DNA of 64,000 nt from Candidatus Pacearchaeota archaeon (GTDB taxonomy: Archaea > Nanobdellota > Nanobdellia > Pacearchaeales > GW2011-AR1). The notes under the pieces were generated by a model that was not told the origin of the DNA, made no database searches, and saw only the letters and a program-made list of their open reading frames with translations. The DNA lies in assembly GCA_023133415.1 (NCBI GenBank), contig JAGLWM010000004.1, forward strand, positions 3,574 through 67,573, in the 5' to 3' direction. Positions 43,789 to 52,561 of this stretch are shown here, one piece after another (position 1 is the first letter of the stretch; each line of letters begins with the position of its first letter). The position numbers and the translations under genes are program-made.

Positions 43789-44442
43789 TCATTCTTCCGG
43801 CTTCTTCTTTTCTTCAACAACTTCGCTCTCTACTTTCAATCCTAATATTTCCTCGAATTTTGGTGAGAACATTTTTATGAATTGCTCGGCTTCTTTTGGT
43901 ACTTTGAATGTGATTGTTTTTTCTTTGACTTCGTAGTCAAATATCTGTTGGAATAAAAAATCTTGAAGTGCGTTGATTTTTTCTTTTTGGTCGGTTATGA
44001 TTTTATTGATTTTGTAGGTGTAGGTTATGGGTTTTCCGGCTAGTGGGTTATTGAAGTCGACAAGTGTTCGGCCTCTGTCTGATGATAGGATTTTTACGAT
44101 TTGCCCGTCGAGGTTTAGCTGCATGCCTCTAACTGGGTTGATTTTTTGTTCGTGGAAATGTTTTGTTGGGATCATTCTGACTAATTGGGGGTTTCTTTTT
44201 CCGAAGGCTTCTTCTGATTTTAGATTGACCTCATAATCTTTTCCGACTTCTTTTCCAGTTAGATTGTTGTCGAAACCTTTTGGGAGCATTTTGTGTCCGA
44301 CTGATAGAATGAGTGGTTTGATTCCTTCTGTTTTGAAGTTGGCGGATTTTGCGTCGGCTTTTATATTTGTGTCAAAGATTTCATTTGTATCTGTGATTTT
44401 TCCGGTGAATTCAATTTCTATGAAATCGTTTTTGTTTATCAT
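43789..44442 (-). CDS. FKBP-type peptidyl-prolyl cis-trans isomerase (long archaeal/SlyD-like type)
   Basis: DFIEIEFTGKITDTNEIFDTN.., LPKGFDNNLTGKEVGKDYEVNL..AFGKRNPQLV. Confidence 0.8.
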   Translation of the reverse strand: MINKNDFIEIEFTGKITDTNEIFDTNIKADAKSANFKTEGIKPLILSVGHKMLPKGFDNNLTGKEVGKDYEVNLKSEEAFGKRNPQLVRMIPTKHFHEQKINPVRGMQLNLDGQIVKILSSDRGRTLVDFNNPLAGKPITYTYKINKIITDQKEKINALQDFLFQQIFDYEVKEKTITFKVPKEAEQFIKMFSPKFEEILGLKVESEVVEEKKKPEE

Positions 44443-44501
44443 AGTTTAGGAAAATTGTTTGGGTTTTTAAAATTGGTGGTTTGGCTGAAATAGTAGCAAA
44501 G

Positions 44502-44511
44502 TTTTATAAAA
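44502..44511 (+). promoter_or_regulatory. TATA box about 25 nt upstream of the aIF5A ATG
   Basis: ttttataaaa. Confidence 0.5.
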
Positions 44512-44531
44512 GGATTGAATTTTAGTTGAAT

Positions 44532-44918
44532 ATGGTCGCTAGAGTTATTGACGCTACGGAGATGAGGGTTGGAACATTTTTATTGCTTGATGGTGTTGCG
44601 CATCAGGTGAAAAAGATGGATATTTCTAAGACAGGGAAGCATGGGCATGCGAAAGTTCGGTTTGAAGCGATTAATGTTTTTAGTGGAAAGAAAAAAGTTT
44701 CGGTTATTCCTGGACATGATAAGTTTGAGGTTCCTATGATTGATAAGAGGACTGCACAGGTTTTGTCGGTTTCTGGGAATACAGCAAGTTTGATGGATAG
44801 TGAGAATTTTGAGAATTTTGATTTGGAGATTGGAGAGGGAGTTGAAGGGGTTGTTGAGGGTGGAAATGTTGAGTATTGGGATATTGAGGGAGAGAAATTA
44901 TTAAAGCGTTCGCTTTAG
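44532..44918 (+). CDS. eif5a: translation initiation factor 5A
   Basis: ISKTGKHGHAKVRFEA hypusination loop. Confidence 0.9.
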   Translation: MVARVIDATEMRVGTFLLLDGVAHQVKKMDISKTGKHGHAKVRFEAINVFSGKKKVSVIPGHDKFEVPMIDKRTAQVLSVSGNTASLMDSENFENFDLEIGEGVEGVVEGGNVEYWDIEGEKLLKRSL

Positions 44919-44958
44919 TTATCGGTAACTTTTTAAAGTAAATTTTTTATGGTTGATT

Positions 44959-45123
44959 ATGGCGACTAAAATTCCGGCTGCACAGAATCGGTTATATAAG
45001 AATGCGTTTGTTTGCAAGGTTTGTAAACATAAGATGAAAGTTGAACCGTTGAAGATTGCGGACGGGAAGGTTAGATGTCGGAAATGTAAGGGGCAGGATT
45101 TTCGACCGGTTAGGAAGAAGTAG
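44959..45123 (+). CDS. rpl40e: 50S ribosomal protein L40e
   Basis: Below the track cut-off. MATKIPAAQNRLYKNAFVCKVCKHKMKVEPLKIADGKVRCRKCKGQDFRPVRKK. The minus-strand ORF 44919..45146 is a shadow. Confidence 0.75.
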   Translation: MATKIPAAQNRLYKNAFVCKVCKHKMKVEPLKIADGKVRCRKCKGQDFRPVRKK

Positions 45124-45206
45124 ATATTTTTGTAATAATTAGACATAAGTAGAATTTTGTTGAAAGGAGTGAATAGTTTTTTAAAGAGAATTTGTATTAT
45201 GTTTAG

Positions 45207-46589
45207 ATGGTGAGCTTTTGGGTTTATGACGTCGCGTTTTTGATTTTATTTAGCTTAGGTGTGTTTTGGTTTTTGCGGAATCGTCGGGAGGAGTTGTCGA
45301 GGGAAGGGATTATTTTTATGTGGCGGACGCGATTTGGAATAAATGCCATTAAATGGTTTGCTAAAAAATTTGCTAGGATTCTGAGGAAAATGAAGTGGGT
45401 TGTTATTGGGATTGGAGGTATCTTGATGGTGGGTATGATTTGGATGTTAGGGCAGACTGTTGCGATTTATTTGTTGCATCCTGAGATTACAAAAATAATA
45501 AAGGCGCCACCGATTGCTCCGTTGATTCCGTATTTTCCGAAGCTGTTTGGGATGGAGAGTTTTTTTCCGCCGTTTTATTTTACGTATTTTATTGTGGCGT
45601 TGGCGATTGTTGCAATTGTTCATGAGTTTTCGCACGGGATTTTTATGAGATTGTTTCGGATAAAAATTAAGTCGACGGGACTTGTTTTTTTGGGGCCGAT
45701 TTTGGGAGCGTTTGTTGAGGAGAAGAAGAGCACGTTTCATAAGAAGAAAAAGTCGGAGCAGATGACGGTTTTAGGAGCTGGTGTTTTCGCGAATATTTTG
45801 ATGGCGTTATTATTTTATGGGCTTTATGTTGGATTCTTTTTTAGTTCGTTTACGGCGTCAGGATATGAGTTTAATTCGTATGGAATTGCAGTAATTCCGT
45901 TAGAAAATATAACTGGGTTTTCTAATAATACTCAAGGATTGGTGAAGGTGACGACGACGAATGGAAATTATTATTTGGATGAGGTACTGGCTGTTCAGCA
46001 AACTCAAAATAATGGTGAGTATTTGATTGCCTATTCTGAGGCACCGGCGGTTTTGGCTGGGATGCGTGGGGCGATTATTCAGGCTGATGATGTGAAGATT
46101 ACTGGGCAAGATAGTTTGAGGGAATTTATGGAGAGTAAGGATCCTGGAGATGAGGCTAGGTTTGTTACTGAAGATAGTGAGGGGATAAATGAATACGATA
46201 TTGTTTTGGGTGAGCATCCTGAGATTGCGGGTCGCGCATATTTAGGAGTTGGGCATAATGTTATGGAACCAAGAGGTTTGATTCAGAAATTTTTGACGAA
46301 GTTTATGGGATTCAAAGAATCGTCGAGTTATTATAAACCGACGTGGGATGGGGATTTTGTTTATTTTGTTTATCATTTGCTCTGGTGGATTATGGTTATT
46401 AATTTGCTTGTGGCGTTGTTTAATATGATGCCGCTTGGTATGCTCGACGGTGGGAGGTTTTTTTACTTGGCTGTTTTAGGAATTTTTGGTTCGGAAAAAG
46501 TTGCGAAGGGTGCATATAAGGTCGCGACTTATTTGATTTTGTTAATGTTTGCTTTGATGATGTTTTTTTGGTTTGTTCGAATTATGTAA
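45207..46589 (+). CDS. site-2 protease family (M50) membrane metalloprotease with PDZ-like insert
   Basis: HEFSHG and NLLVALFNMMPLGMLDGG motifs. TATA ttttttaaag lies 26 nt upstream. Confidence 0.85.
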   Translation: MVSFWVYDVAFLILFSLGVFWFLRNRREELSREGIIFMWRTRFGINAIKWFAKKFARILRKMKWVVIGIGGILMVGMIWMLGQTVAIYLLHPEITKIIKAPPIAPLIPYFPKLFGMESFFPPFYFTYFIVALAIVAIVHEFSHGIFMRLFRIKIKSTGLVFLGPILGAFVEEKKSTFHKKKKSEQMTVLGAGVFANILMALLFYGLYVGFFFSSFTASGYEFNSYGIAVIPLENITGFSNNTQGLVKVTTTNGNYYLDEVLAVQQTQNNGEYLIAYSEAPAVLAGMRGAIIQADDVKITGQDSLREFMESKDPGDEARFVTEDSEGINEYDIVLGEHPEIAGRAYLGVGHNVMEPRGLIQKFLTKFMGFKESSSYYKPTWDGDFVYFVYHLLWWIMVINLLVALFNMMPLGMLDGGRFFYLAVLGIFGSEKVAKGAYKVATYLILLMFALMMFFWFVRIM

Positions 46590-46656
46590 TAAGATATTTA
46601 AAGGAAAGTGTCGTTATATTTTTGAGTTTCGGCTCTAACTAAATGAGGTGTATAAT

Positions 46657-46812
46657 ATGGTTTTACCAAAAACTCCAAAGCAATGTGACATTAAGATTAA
46701 GTCTCTTAAGAAGCAAGTAATTGTAATGGAACAAAGGAAAAAGAAACTTACTGAGGCAGCTAAGAAGAAGACAGTTGTTAAGAAGAAAGTTTCTCGAAAA
46801 AAGAAGAGATAA
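46657..46812 (+). CDS. small lysine-rich protein
   Basis: GAGGTG lies 8 nt upstream. MVLPKTPKQCDIKIKSLKKQVIVMEQRKKKLTEAAKKKTVVKKKVSRKKKR. Confidence 0.4.
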   Translation: MVLPKTPKQCDIKIKSLKKQVIVMEQRKKKLTEAAKKKTVVKKKVSRKKKR

Positions 46813-46907
46813 TCTTCTGAATTTTTATTTTATTTTTTGATTAATTAATTAAATCTACTGATGAGATTATTGGTTAATTTTATAAGTGACTGTTTGATTT
46901 CGTTTTT

Positions 46908-47936
46908 ATGGATAAGTGTAATTTAGAAAAGGTTCGTGAGAAACTGACGAAGATGAATTATGGGCTTGTTGGGGAAACGAGTGCGGTGCAGATTTGTCGG
47001 TGGACGAAGAATTCTTTACGTGGGGATAGTGGATGTTGGAAGGAGAAGTTTTATGGGATTTCGAGTGCAGGATGTTGTCAAATGACGCCGAGTGTGATGT
47101 GGTGTGAGAACAAATGTATTCATTGCTGGAGGCCAATTGAAATGAATCTTGGGACGGATTTACCGATGGTGGATGATCCGGTTGAGATTTTGGATGGGAT
47201 TATTGAGAAGAGGAAGGATATGCTGATGGGGATGAAAGGGAATAAGAAAGTTGATTTGGAGAAATTTGAGGAAGCGTTGACGCCGAAGCTTTTTACGATG
47301 AGCCTTAGTGGGGAGCCGACGCTTTATCCTCGGATTGGTGAGATGTTTAAAGAGATTCGTCGACGGGGAGCTGTAAGTTTTTTGGTGACGAATGGATTGA
47401 ATCCGGAGGTTTTGAGAAATTTGGATAAGAATGGCGGTGAGTTTCCGACGCAACTTGTTATTTCTACTAATGCTCCGAATGAGGAATTGTTTTTGAAGTG
47501 GCATCGGTCGAGTAGGAAGAATGCTTGGAAAACTTTTTTGGAGAGTTTGGATGTGATGCGGGAGTTGAGAGATCGAACTAGGAGGGTGGTACGTTTGACG
47601 GTTGCGAAGAGCGGTGAGGAGGGTGAGTTTGCGGCGATGACGAATATGAATGATGAAAATGTCGGGGAGTATTGTAATTTGATTAAGAGGGCTGAGCCTG
47701 ATTTTGTTCATGTTAAAGGGTATAAGGCTGTTGGATATGCGAAGGATAGGATGGGTTATGATAATCAGGTTTGGCATGATGAAGTTAGGAGTTATGCGGA
47801 GAGGATTTGTGAGGGGTTGTCCTCGAAGGATGACTCTGGTGACCCCGATGGGTATTCGATTAAGGCTGAAGATGAGAGGAGTTGTGTTGTGATGATTGCG
47901 AGAGATGGGGTTGAGATGAAGATTAAGAAAGTTTGA
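46908..47936 (+). CDS. taw1: tRNA 4-demethylwyosine synthase Taw1 (radical SAM)
   Basis: CQMTPSVMWCENKCIHCWR, SGEPTLYP. TATA attttataag lies 26 nt upstream. Confidence 0.8.
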   Translation: MDKCNLEKVREKLTKMNYGLVGETSAVQICRWTKNSLRGDSGCWKEKFYGISSAGCCQMTPSVMWCENKCIHCWRPIEMNLGTDLPMVDDPVEILDGIIEKRKDMLMGMKGNKKVDLEKFEEALTPKLFTMSLSGEPTLYPRIGEMFKEIRRRGAVSFLVTNGLNPEVLRNLDKNGGEFPTQLVISTNAPNEELFLKWHRSSRKNAWKTFLESLDVMRELRDRTRRVVRLTVAKSGEEGEFAAMTNMNDENVGEYCNLIKRAEPDFVHVKGYKAVGYAKDRMGYDNQVWHDEVRSYAERICEGLSSKDDSGDPDGYSIKAEDERSCVVMIARDGVEMKIKKV

Positions 47937-48213
47937 ACTCGAGACCATTTATCTTGCACAATGTTTCCTTGCACAATGTTAAATATTCAAAAGCATTTTC
48001 AAGTTCCCTCTTATTGTTACTATTATGATATCTCACCTTAATCTGGGTTTCGTATAAATGTTCTCCTGAAGGAATTTCTACAGAATGTCCCCAAATTGGA
48101 TGCCAGTGGAGTTTGTATCCCTCCTTTCTTAGTTCCTTTCCTCTGCTATTAATTTCGGCATCATTTGCGAATTTAATCATTACTTTTGATTTTAATATAG
48201 GGTGATTTGTCAT
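47923..48213 (-). CDS. hypothetical protein
   Basis: 96-aa ORF, AT-rich. Confidence 0.4.
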   Translation of the reverse strand: MTNHPILKSKVMIKFANDAEINSRGKELRKEGYKLHWHPIWGHSVEIPSGEHLYETQIKVRYHNSNNKRELENAFEYLTLCKETLCKINGLEFKLS

Positions 48214-48214
48214 C

Positions 48215-48568
48215 TTATAAAAATATTATTCCGTCTTTTGTCAAGGCGGTGAATCTGACTCCGACTGGGAGGTTTAGTAGTGCGGATTGGAGCGCCATAT
48301 GTTCTTTGCCGTTGCCTGATGCGATTGATAGTGCGACTTCTAGCCCATCGAATTTGCCTTTAAGTTTTGTTGAAAATTCTTTTTTGAGTTGAACTAGGGA
48401 TTTGTTGGGATCGAATTCTATGAAGTCGAAGGGTTCGTCGTGGACTGTGAATTCTTTTGCGAAGGGTGGACCGACTACGATGACTTTTTCCCATTCGCCT
48501 TTTTGGATTAGGCCGGAGATTTGTCCCCATGTTCCTTTGCCGGTCGATAGGAGTGCGATTAGTTCCAT
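48215..48568 (-). CDS. conserved hypothetical protein
   Basis: 117-aa ORF, MELIALLSTGKGTWGQISGL... TATA-like atttaataatt lies about 27 nt upstream. Confidence 0.55.
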   Translation of the reverse strand: MELIALLSTGKGTWGQISGLIQKGEWEKVIVVGPPFAKEFTVHDEPFDFIEFDPNKSLVQLKKEFSTKLKGKFDGLEVALSIASGNGKEHMALQSALLNLPVGVRFTALTKDGIIFL

Positions 48569-48680
48569 TATGGAAAATGATGAAGTGGGTATTTAATAAT
48601 TTGTGTGATAGGCTTGAATTTTTGAAGTAGTAAGTTTTATAAAGTAAAATTTTGATTGGTTAGTACTACTGTTAGTAGAA

Positions 48681-48768
48681 GGCAGGCTCCCTTTCTTTAG
48701 AAAAGAAAGGTTCCCTGGAATCAAAGAAACTAAGTTTCTGGAACTCCGTTCCAACATTGGAGCGCCGA
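48681..48768 (+). repeat. divergent copy of the TAGA-loop hairpin element (candidate small structured RNA)
   Basis: cctttcttt-aga-aaagaaagg, agaaac-taa-gtttct and ggaac-tcc-gttcc hairpins between complementary ggctcc / ggagc(g)cc. TATA gttttataaag lies at 48634-48644. Confidence 0.4.
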
Positions 48769-48794
48769 AAAATAATTCTAACAGTTTGATATAT

Positions 48795-49412
48795 ATGGAA
48801 ACGATAAAGGCTATACAAGAGTTAAGGAAAGAGAGGAAGCGGAAGTTTGACCAATCGGTGGACTTGATTGTGAATCTGAAGAATTTTGATGTTCGTCGTG
48901 AGGCTTTGAATACTTTTATTTTTGTTCCACATAAGTTGGAGAAGAAGTTTGCTGCGTTTTTTGCGAAGAGGAGTAAGTTTGTTGATACGATTACTCAGGA
49001 GGATTTTGTGAAGTATAAGGATTTGAAGGATTTTAAGAAGTTAGCGAAGAAATATGATGCGTTTTTGGCTGCTGCGCCGATGATGGGTAAGGTTGCGACT
49101 AAGTTTGGTCGAGTCTTCGGTCCGATGAATAAGATGCCGTCGCCTTTGGCTGGGATTGTTCCGAAGGAGGATGATGAAGTTGTTGAGGCTATGCTTGAGA
49201 AGATGGGCAAGGCTATTAGGGTGAAGAATAAGGAGATGTCGATTAAGATTTCGGTTGGGAAGGAGAACATGGATGATGATAGGTTGGTTGCGAATGTTGA
49301 GGCTGCAATTAAAGAGATTGAGAAGAAGTTGCCGAAGGGTCGGGATAATGTGAAGGATGTTTTGGTTAAATTTACGATGACCAAGCCGGTCGTTGTTGTG
49401 GAGAGAAAGTAA
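48795..49412 (+). CDS. rpl1: 50S ribosomal protein L1 (uL1)
   Basis: FDQSVDLIVNLKNFD.., VATKFGRVFGPMNKMPSP. Confidence 0.9.
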   Translation: METIKAIQELRKERKRKFDQSVDLIVNLKNFDVRREALNTFIFVPHKLEKKFAAFFAKRSKFVDTITQEDFVKYKDLKDFKKLAKKYDAFLAAAPMMGKVATKFGRVFGPMNKMPSPLAGIVPKEDDEVVEAMLEKMGKAIRVKNKEMSIKISVGKENMDDDRLVANVEAAIKEIEKKLPKGRDNVKDVLVKFTMTKPVVVVERK

Positions 49413-49413
49413 A

Positions 49414-50301
49414 ATGGTCGGTGGACAAAAGGTCGAAGCGCATGTCAGTGAAGTGAAGAAGTCGAAGGTTAAAGAGTTGGTGGAGTTAATGAAGAGGAAG
49501 ACTGTTATGGTTATTTCGATTAAGGGTTTGCCGTCTGCGCAGTTTCAGGACATTAAGAAAAAACTGAGGGATAAGGCTGGGGTTCAGGTTACGAAGAAGA
49601 ACTTGGTGAATCTTGCTTTTGAGGAATCTGGGATTGGCGGGTTGAAAGAGTTGGGATCTTATGTTGATGATTCGACTGCTATGTTATTTAGTGATGAGGA
49701 TGCTTTTGTTATTTCTGGAATTCTGGCTGATGAGAAGAGTCCGGCGAAGGCGAAGGCTGGGCAAATTGCTCCGTTTGATATTGAAGTTAAGGCTGGTCCA
49801 ACTGAGCTATTACCGGGTCCTGATATTTCGGCTTTGAGTGCCGTCGGTTTGGCGCCTAAGGTTGAGAGTGGGAAAATTGCAATTATGAAGGATAAAGTTA
49901 TTTTGGGAGGGGGAAAGGAAGTTACAGAAGCGATTGCTTCAATTATGGCTAAGTTGGATATCATTCCGTTTGAAGTTGGCGTTGAGCCTGTTGCTGCTTA
50001 TATGGATGGGAAGGTTTATGTTGATATTAAGATTGATAGGGAAAAGGCTATTTCGGATTTGGAGTATGATTTTGGGAGAGCTTTTGCTTTTGCTGTTGAT
50101 TTGGGGATTGTCAATTCAGAGACACTTAATTCTATATTAGGGAAGGCTTCTGTGCATGAAGGTGTGGTTAGCAGGATTATAAGCGGGGAGCCAGAGCCGG
50201 TAGTGGAAGTTGTTCAGCAAAAAAAGGTTGAAGTTAAGGAAGAAACTAAAAAGGAGAAGCCAGTAGAGGCCGCAGCGGGTCTTGCTAGTTTGTTTGGATA
50301 A
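49414..50301 (+). CDS. rpl10: 50S ribosomal protein L10 (uL10/P0)
   Basis: KSKVKELVELMKRKTVMVISIKGLPSAQFQDIKKKLR.. with C-terminal GLASLFG. Confidence 0.9.
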   Translation: MVGGQKVEAHVSEVKKSKVKELVELMKRKTVMVISIKGLPSAQFQDIKKKLRDKAGVQVTKKNLVNLAFEESGIGGLKELGSYVDDSTAMLFSDEDAFVISGILADEKSPAKAKAGQIAPFDIEVKAGPTELLPGPDISALSAVGLAPKVESGKIAIMKDKVILGGGKEVTEAIASIMAKLDIIPFEVGVEPVAAYMDGKVYVDIKIDREKAISDLEYDFGRAFAFAVDLGIVNSETLNSILGKASVHEGVVSRIISGEPEPVVEVVQQKKVEVKEETKKEKPVEAAAGLASLFG

Positions 50302-50352
50302 TGAAAATGTTTAATGCTGAAGGAATAAATACTTCGGAGGAAATGGAATAAA

Positions 50353-50643
50353 ATGGAATACACATATGCGGCTCTTTTGTTGCACAAGGTTGGCAAGGAT
50401 ATCAACGAAGATAACTTGAAGGCTGTTATTTCCGCGACTGGCGCTGAGGTTGACGAGGCGAAGGTTAAGGTTATGGTTGCGTCTTTGAGTGGTGTTGATA
50501 TCGCTGATAAGTTGGCGAATGCGTCTGTTGCTGCGGCTCCGGCTGCTGGAAGCACACCTGCTGAGGAAGCACCAAAAGAAGAGAAGAAGAAAGAAGAACC
50601 AAAAGCTGAAGCGGCTGAAGGTTTGGCTTCGTTGTTCGGATAA
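50353..50643 (+). CDS. rpl12: 50S ribosomal stalk protein P1 (L12)
   Basis: [26 protein letters not shown].. with C-terminal EGLASLFG. Confidence 0.9.
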   Translation: MEYTYAALLLHKVGKDINEDNLKAVISATGAEVDEAKVKVMVASLSGVDIADKLANASVAAAPAAGSTPAEEAPKEEKKKEEPKAEAAEGLASLFG

Positions 50644-50795
50644 AGTCTTAACTGATTTTTGAGGAGTGGTGGAGTCGGATGGCTTGGCTACTCTGTTAGG
50701 AAGGCGAGGTCGGTTTGGCTTGGCTTTTTGGGATGATGGGGTTAGTTTGGTTTGGAGTAGGAAATTTTATAAAAAGGATTTTATTAGTGAATTCA

Positions 50796-51299
50796 ATGAA
50801 AGGAAAAATTATTTTAGTTATTTCCATTATTGTCTTGGCAGTTTTGGCTACATTTGTTGTTTTGTATAAAGACACATTGGAAGAAACCCGTAGTGAAGAG
50901 TATTACAACACCCTTTCAGAAATTCAAAAAGGTAATAATTATATTTTAGAAAAGGGACTTTCTGATAATTGTTTTCCTTATCGCTACTTTCATAGGGGAT
51001 GTTATTATGGGGGAAAAGTACATTATGAGGGACTGGTAATTAGTCATCTTTTAGATAGAAACCTTACTCATGAGGAAAGAATTAATCTGTGTTATGAGTT
51101 TGCTTTTAATGGCTCTGTTGCTTATTGTTTGCAACAGAATAAGGAGATTGGGAAGTGTAATGAGTTTGCAAAAGATGATGAATATCTTGAAAGAATTTGC
51201 GGACTAAAAGAAAATGAAACAATTCCTACTGAAGGATTCTATAGTTCGGAATATAAAGACAATCCCATTCCTATAAAGACGGTTGCACCTCAACTTTAA
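50796..51299 (+). CDS. membrane-anchored Cys-containing hypothetical protein
   Basis: TATA ttttataaaa at 50765-50774 lies 26 nt upstream of ATG 50796. MKGKIILVISIIVLAVLATFVVLY. Confidence 0.55.
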   Translation: MKGKIILVISIIVLAVLATFVVLYKDTLEETRSEEYYNTLSEIQKGNNYILEKGLSDNCFPYRYFHRGCYYGGKVHYEGLVISHLLDRNLTHEERINLCYEFAFNGSVAYCLQQNKEIGKCNEFAKDDEYLERICGLKENETIPTEGFYSSEYKDNPIPIKTVAPQL

Positions 51300-51304
51300 T
51301 ATTA

Positions 51305-51581
51305 CGCTCACACCCTATTCGCACTTTGCATTTCGCAAAAATATTTATCTGAATTTTTATTTTTATTTTACTCAAAGCGAAGATCCTCAGAATCGAATTT
51401 CTGTCCCATTATTGATGAAAAATAAATGGTGTCTATGACACCATGAACGTTCACACCTTGCTCACACTTCACTCTAAAATTTTGTCAATTTTATTTTTTC
51501 TTTAGGCAAAATTCGAGCAAAGATGTTCGGAATCGAATTTCGGTTCTAATAAGAATTTATGGGATTTATAATCCCATTAAA
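51305..51581 (-). repeat. two tandem 134-143 bp elements downstream of tRNA-Ser(UGA), each ending in a copy of the tRNA 3' end
   Basis: cgctcacacc at 51582, cgttcacacc at 51448 and cgctcacacc at 51305. Internal ggaatcgaatttc(g/t)g and ttgcatttcgcaaa motifs. Confidence 0.6.
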
Positions 51582-51662
51582 CGCTCACACCAGGAATCGA
51601 ACCTGGAAGCCCCGAAGGGCCTGGTTTTCAAGACCAGTGCACTACCATTATGCGATGTGAGC
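51582..51662 (-). tRNA. tRNA-Ser (anticodon UGA)
   Basis: GCTCACA/TGTGAGC acceptor, CTGGT-CTTGAAA-ACCAG anticodon arm, long variable arm GCCCTTCGGGGCTT, CCAGG-TTCGATT-CCTGG T arm. Confidence 0.9.
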
Positions 51663-51784
51663 ATATCCTAATAATAGGACGCCCATACCCTAGCTCGCAA
51701 TTTGCATTTCGCAAACTATTTTTAATTTTCGTTTGCTCGAAGCGAATTGTTCGGAATCGAAACTTCGATTAGTGGTCTAGGCTA
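51663..51784 (-). repeat. 105-bp element downstream of tRNA-Ser(CGA), ending in an 11-bp copy of that tRNA's 3' end
   Basis: cgcccataccc at 51785-51795 and 51680-51690. The interior aligns with the tRNA-Pro element (aattcgcttcgag..aaa..gtttgcgaaatgcaaattgcgag). Confidence 0.6.
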
Positions 51785-51865
51785 CGCCCATACCCCGAAT
51801 CGAACGGGGATGCCCCGGGGGGCCGCGGGTTCGAGCCGCGTGCAATACCATTATGCGATATGGGC
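51785..51865 (-). tRNA. tRNA-Ser (anticodon CGA)
   Basis: GCCCATA/TATGGGC acceptor, CGCGG-CTCGAAC-CCGCG anticodon arm, variable arm GCCCCCCGGGGCAT, CCCCG-TTCGATT-CGGGG T arm. Confidence 0.9.
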
Positions 51866-51888
51866 TTGGTATTTTTGAGCAGGGAAGG

Positions 51889-51898
51889 TTTTTAAATT
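51889..51898. promoter_or_regulatory. shared A/T box about 25 nt from both the tRNA-Ser(CGA) 5' end and ATG 51918
   Basis: gtttttaaat. Confidence 0.35.
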
Positions 51899-51917
51899 TT
51901 GACAGTGTTGTGTTTTG

Positions 51918-52487
51918 ATGAATAAAGAGTTGATTCCTTCGGTGATTGTTGGTCTTGTGTCTTTAATGTCTTTGATTCGTTTCGCTTTAACAAAAAATTG
52001 GGAATTTATTTTTTATGTCCTTGCTGTTATGATTTTCTTTTATTCAGTAATTCGTAGCGATAAAATCTTTAATTATCCTAGAATTGCAATTTGGGGATTG
52101 GCTGCTTGGGTTGTTATGCATATGGCTGGTGGAGTTGTTTATATCAAGGGAATAAGGCTTTATGATTTTATACTAATTTCGTTAGTTGGAGAGCCTTATA
52201 ATATTTTGAAATATGATCAACTTGTTCACTTCTTTTGTTATATTGTGATTGGGTTGTTGGTTTGTTCGATAACTAAAAAATATTTTGGGAAAATGGATGG
52301 GGTGAAAATAATTATATTAATATTGATAGTTTTGGGAACTGGTACTTTTTACGAATTGCTTGAATTTGGTACGGTTGTGATGCTCGCGTCGACTGGCGTT
52401 GGCGGATATTATAATCTGATTTTGGATCTCTTTTTTGATTTAATAGGTGCAACTATTGGGGTGTTGATTGGGAAGAGGATTTCTTAG
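51918..52487 (+). CDS. integral membrane protein (5-6 TM)
   Basis: Hydrophobic 189-aa ORF. Confidence 0.6.
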   Translation: MNKELIPSVIVGLVSLMSLIRFALTKNWEFIFYVLAVMIFFYSVIRSDKIFNYPRIAIWGLAAWVVMHMAGGVVYIKGIRLYDFILISLVGEPYNILKYDQLVHFFCYIVIGLLVCSITKKYFGKMDGVKIIILILIVLGTGTFYELLEFGTVVMLASTGVGGYYNLILDLFFDLIGATIGVLIGKRIS

Positions 52488-52561
52488 AGATGTAATATTC
52501 GTGAGTTCTGTATTGTGGGAGGTTGGAATAATTTTATAAAGTTCCTGTGGTTTTGTTTCGG

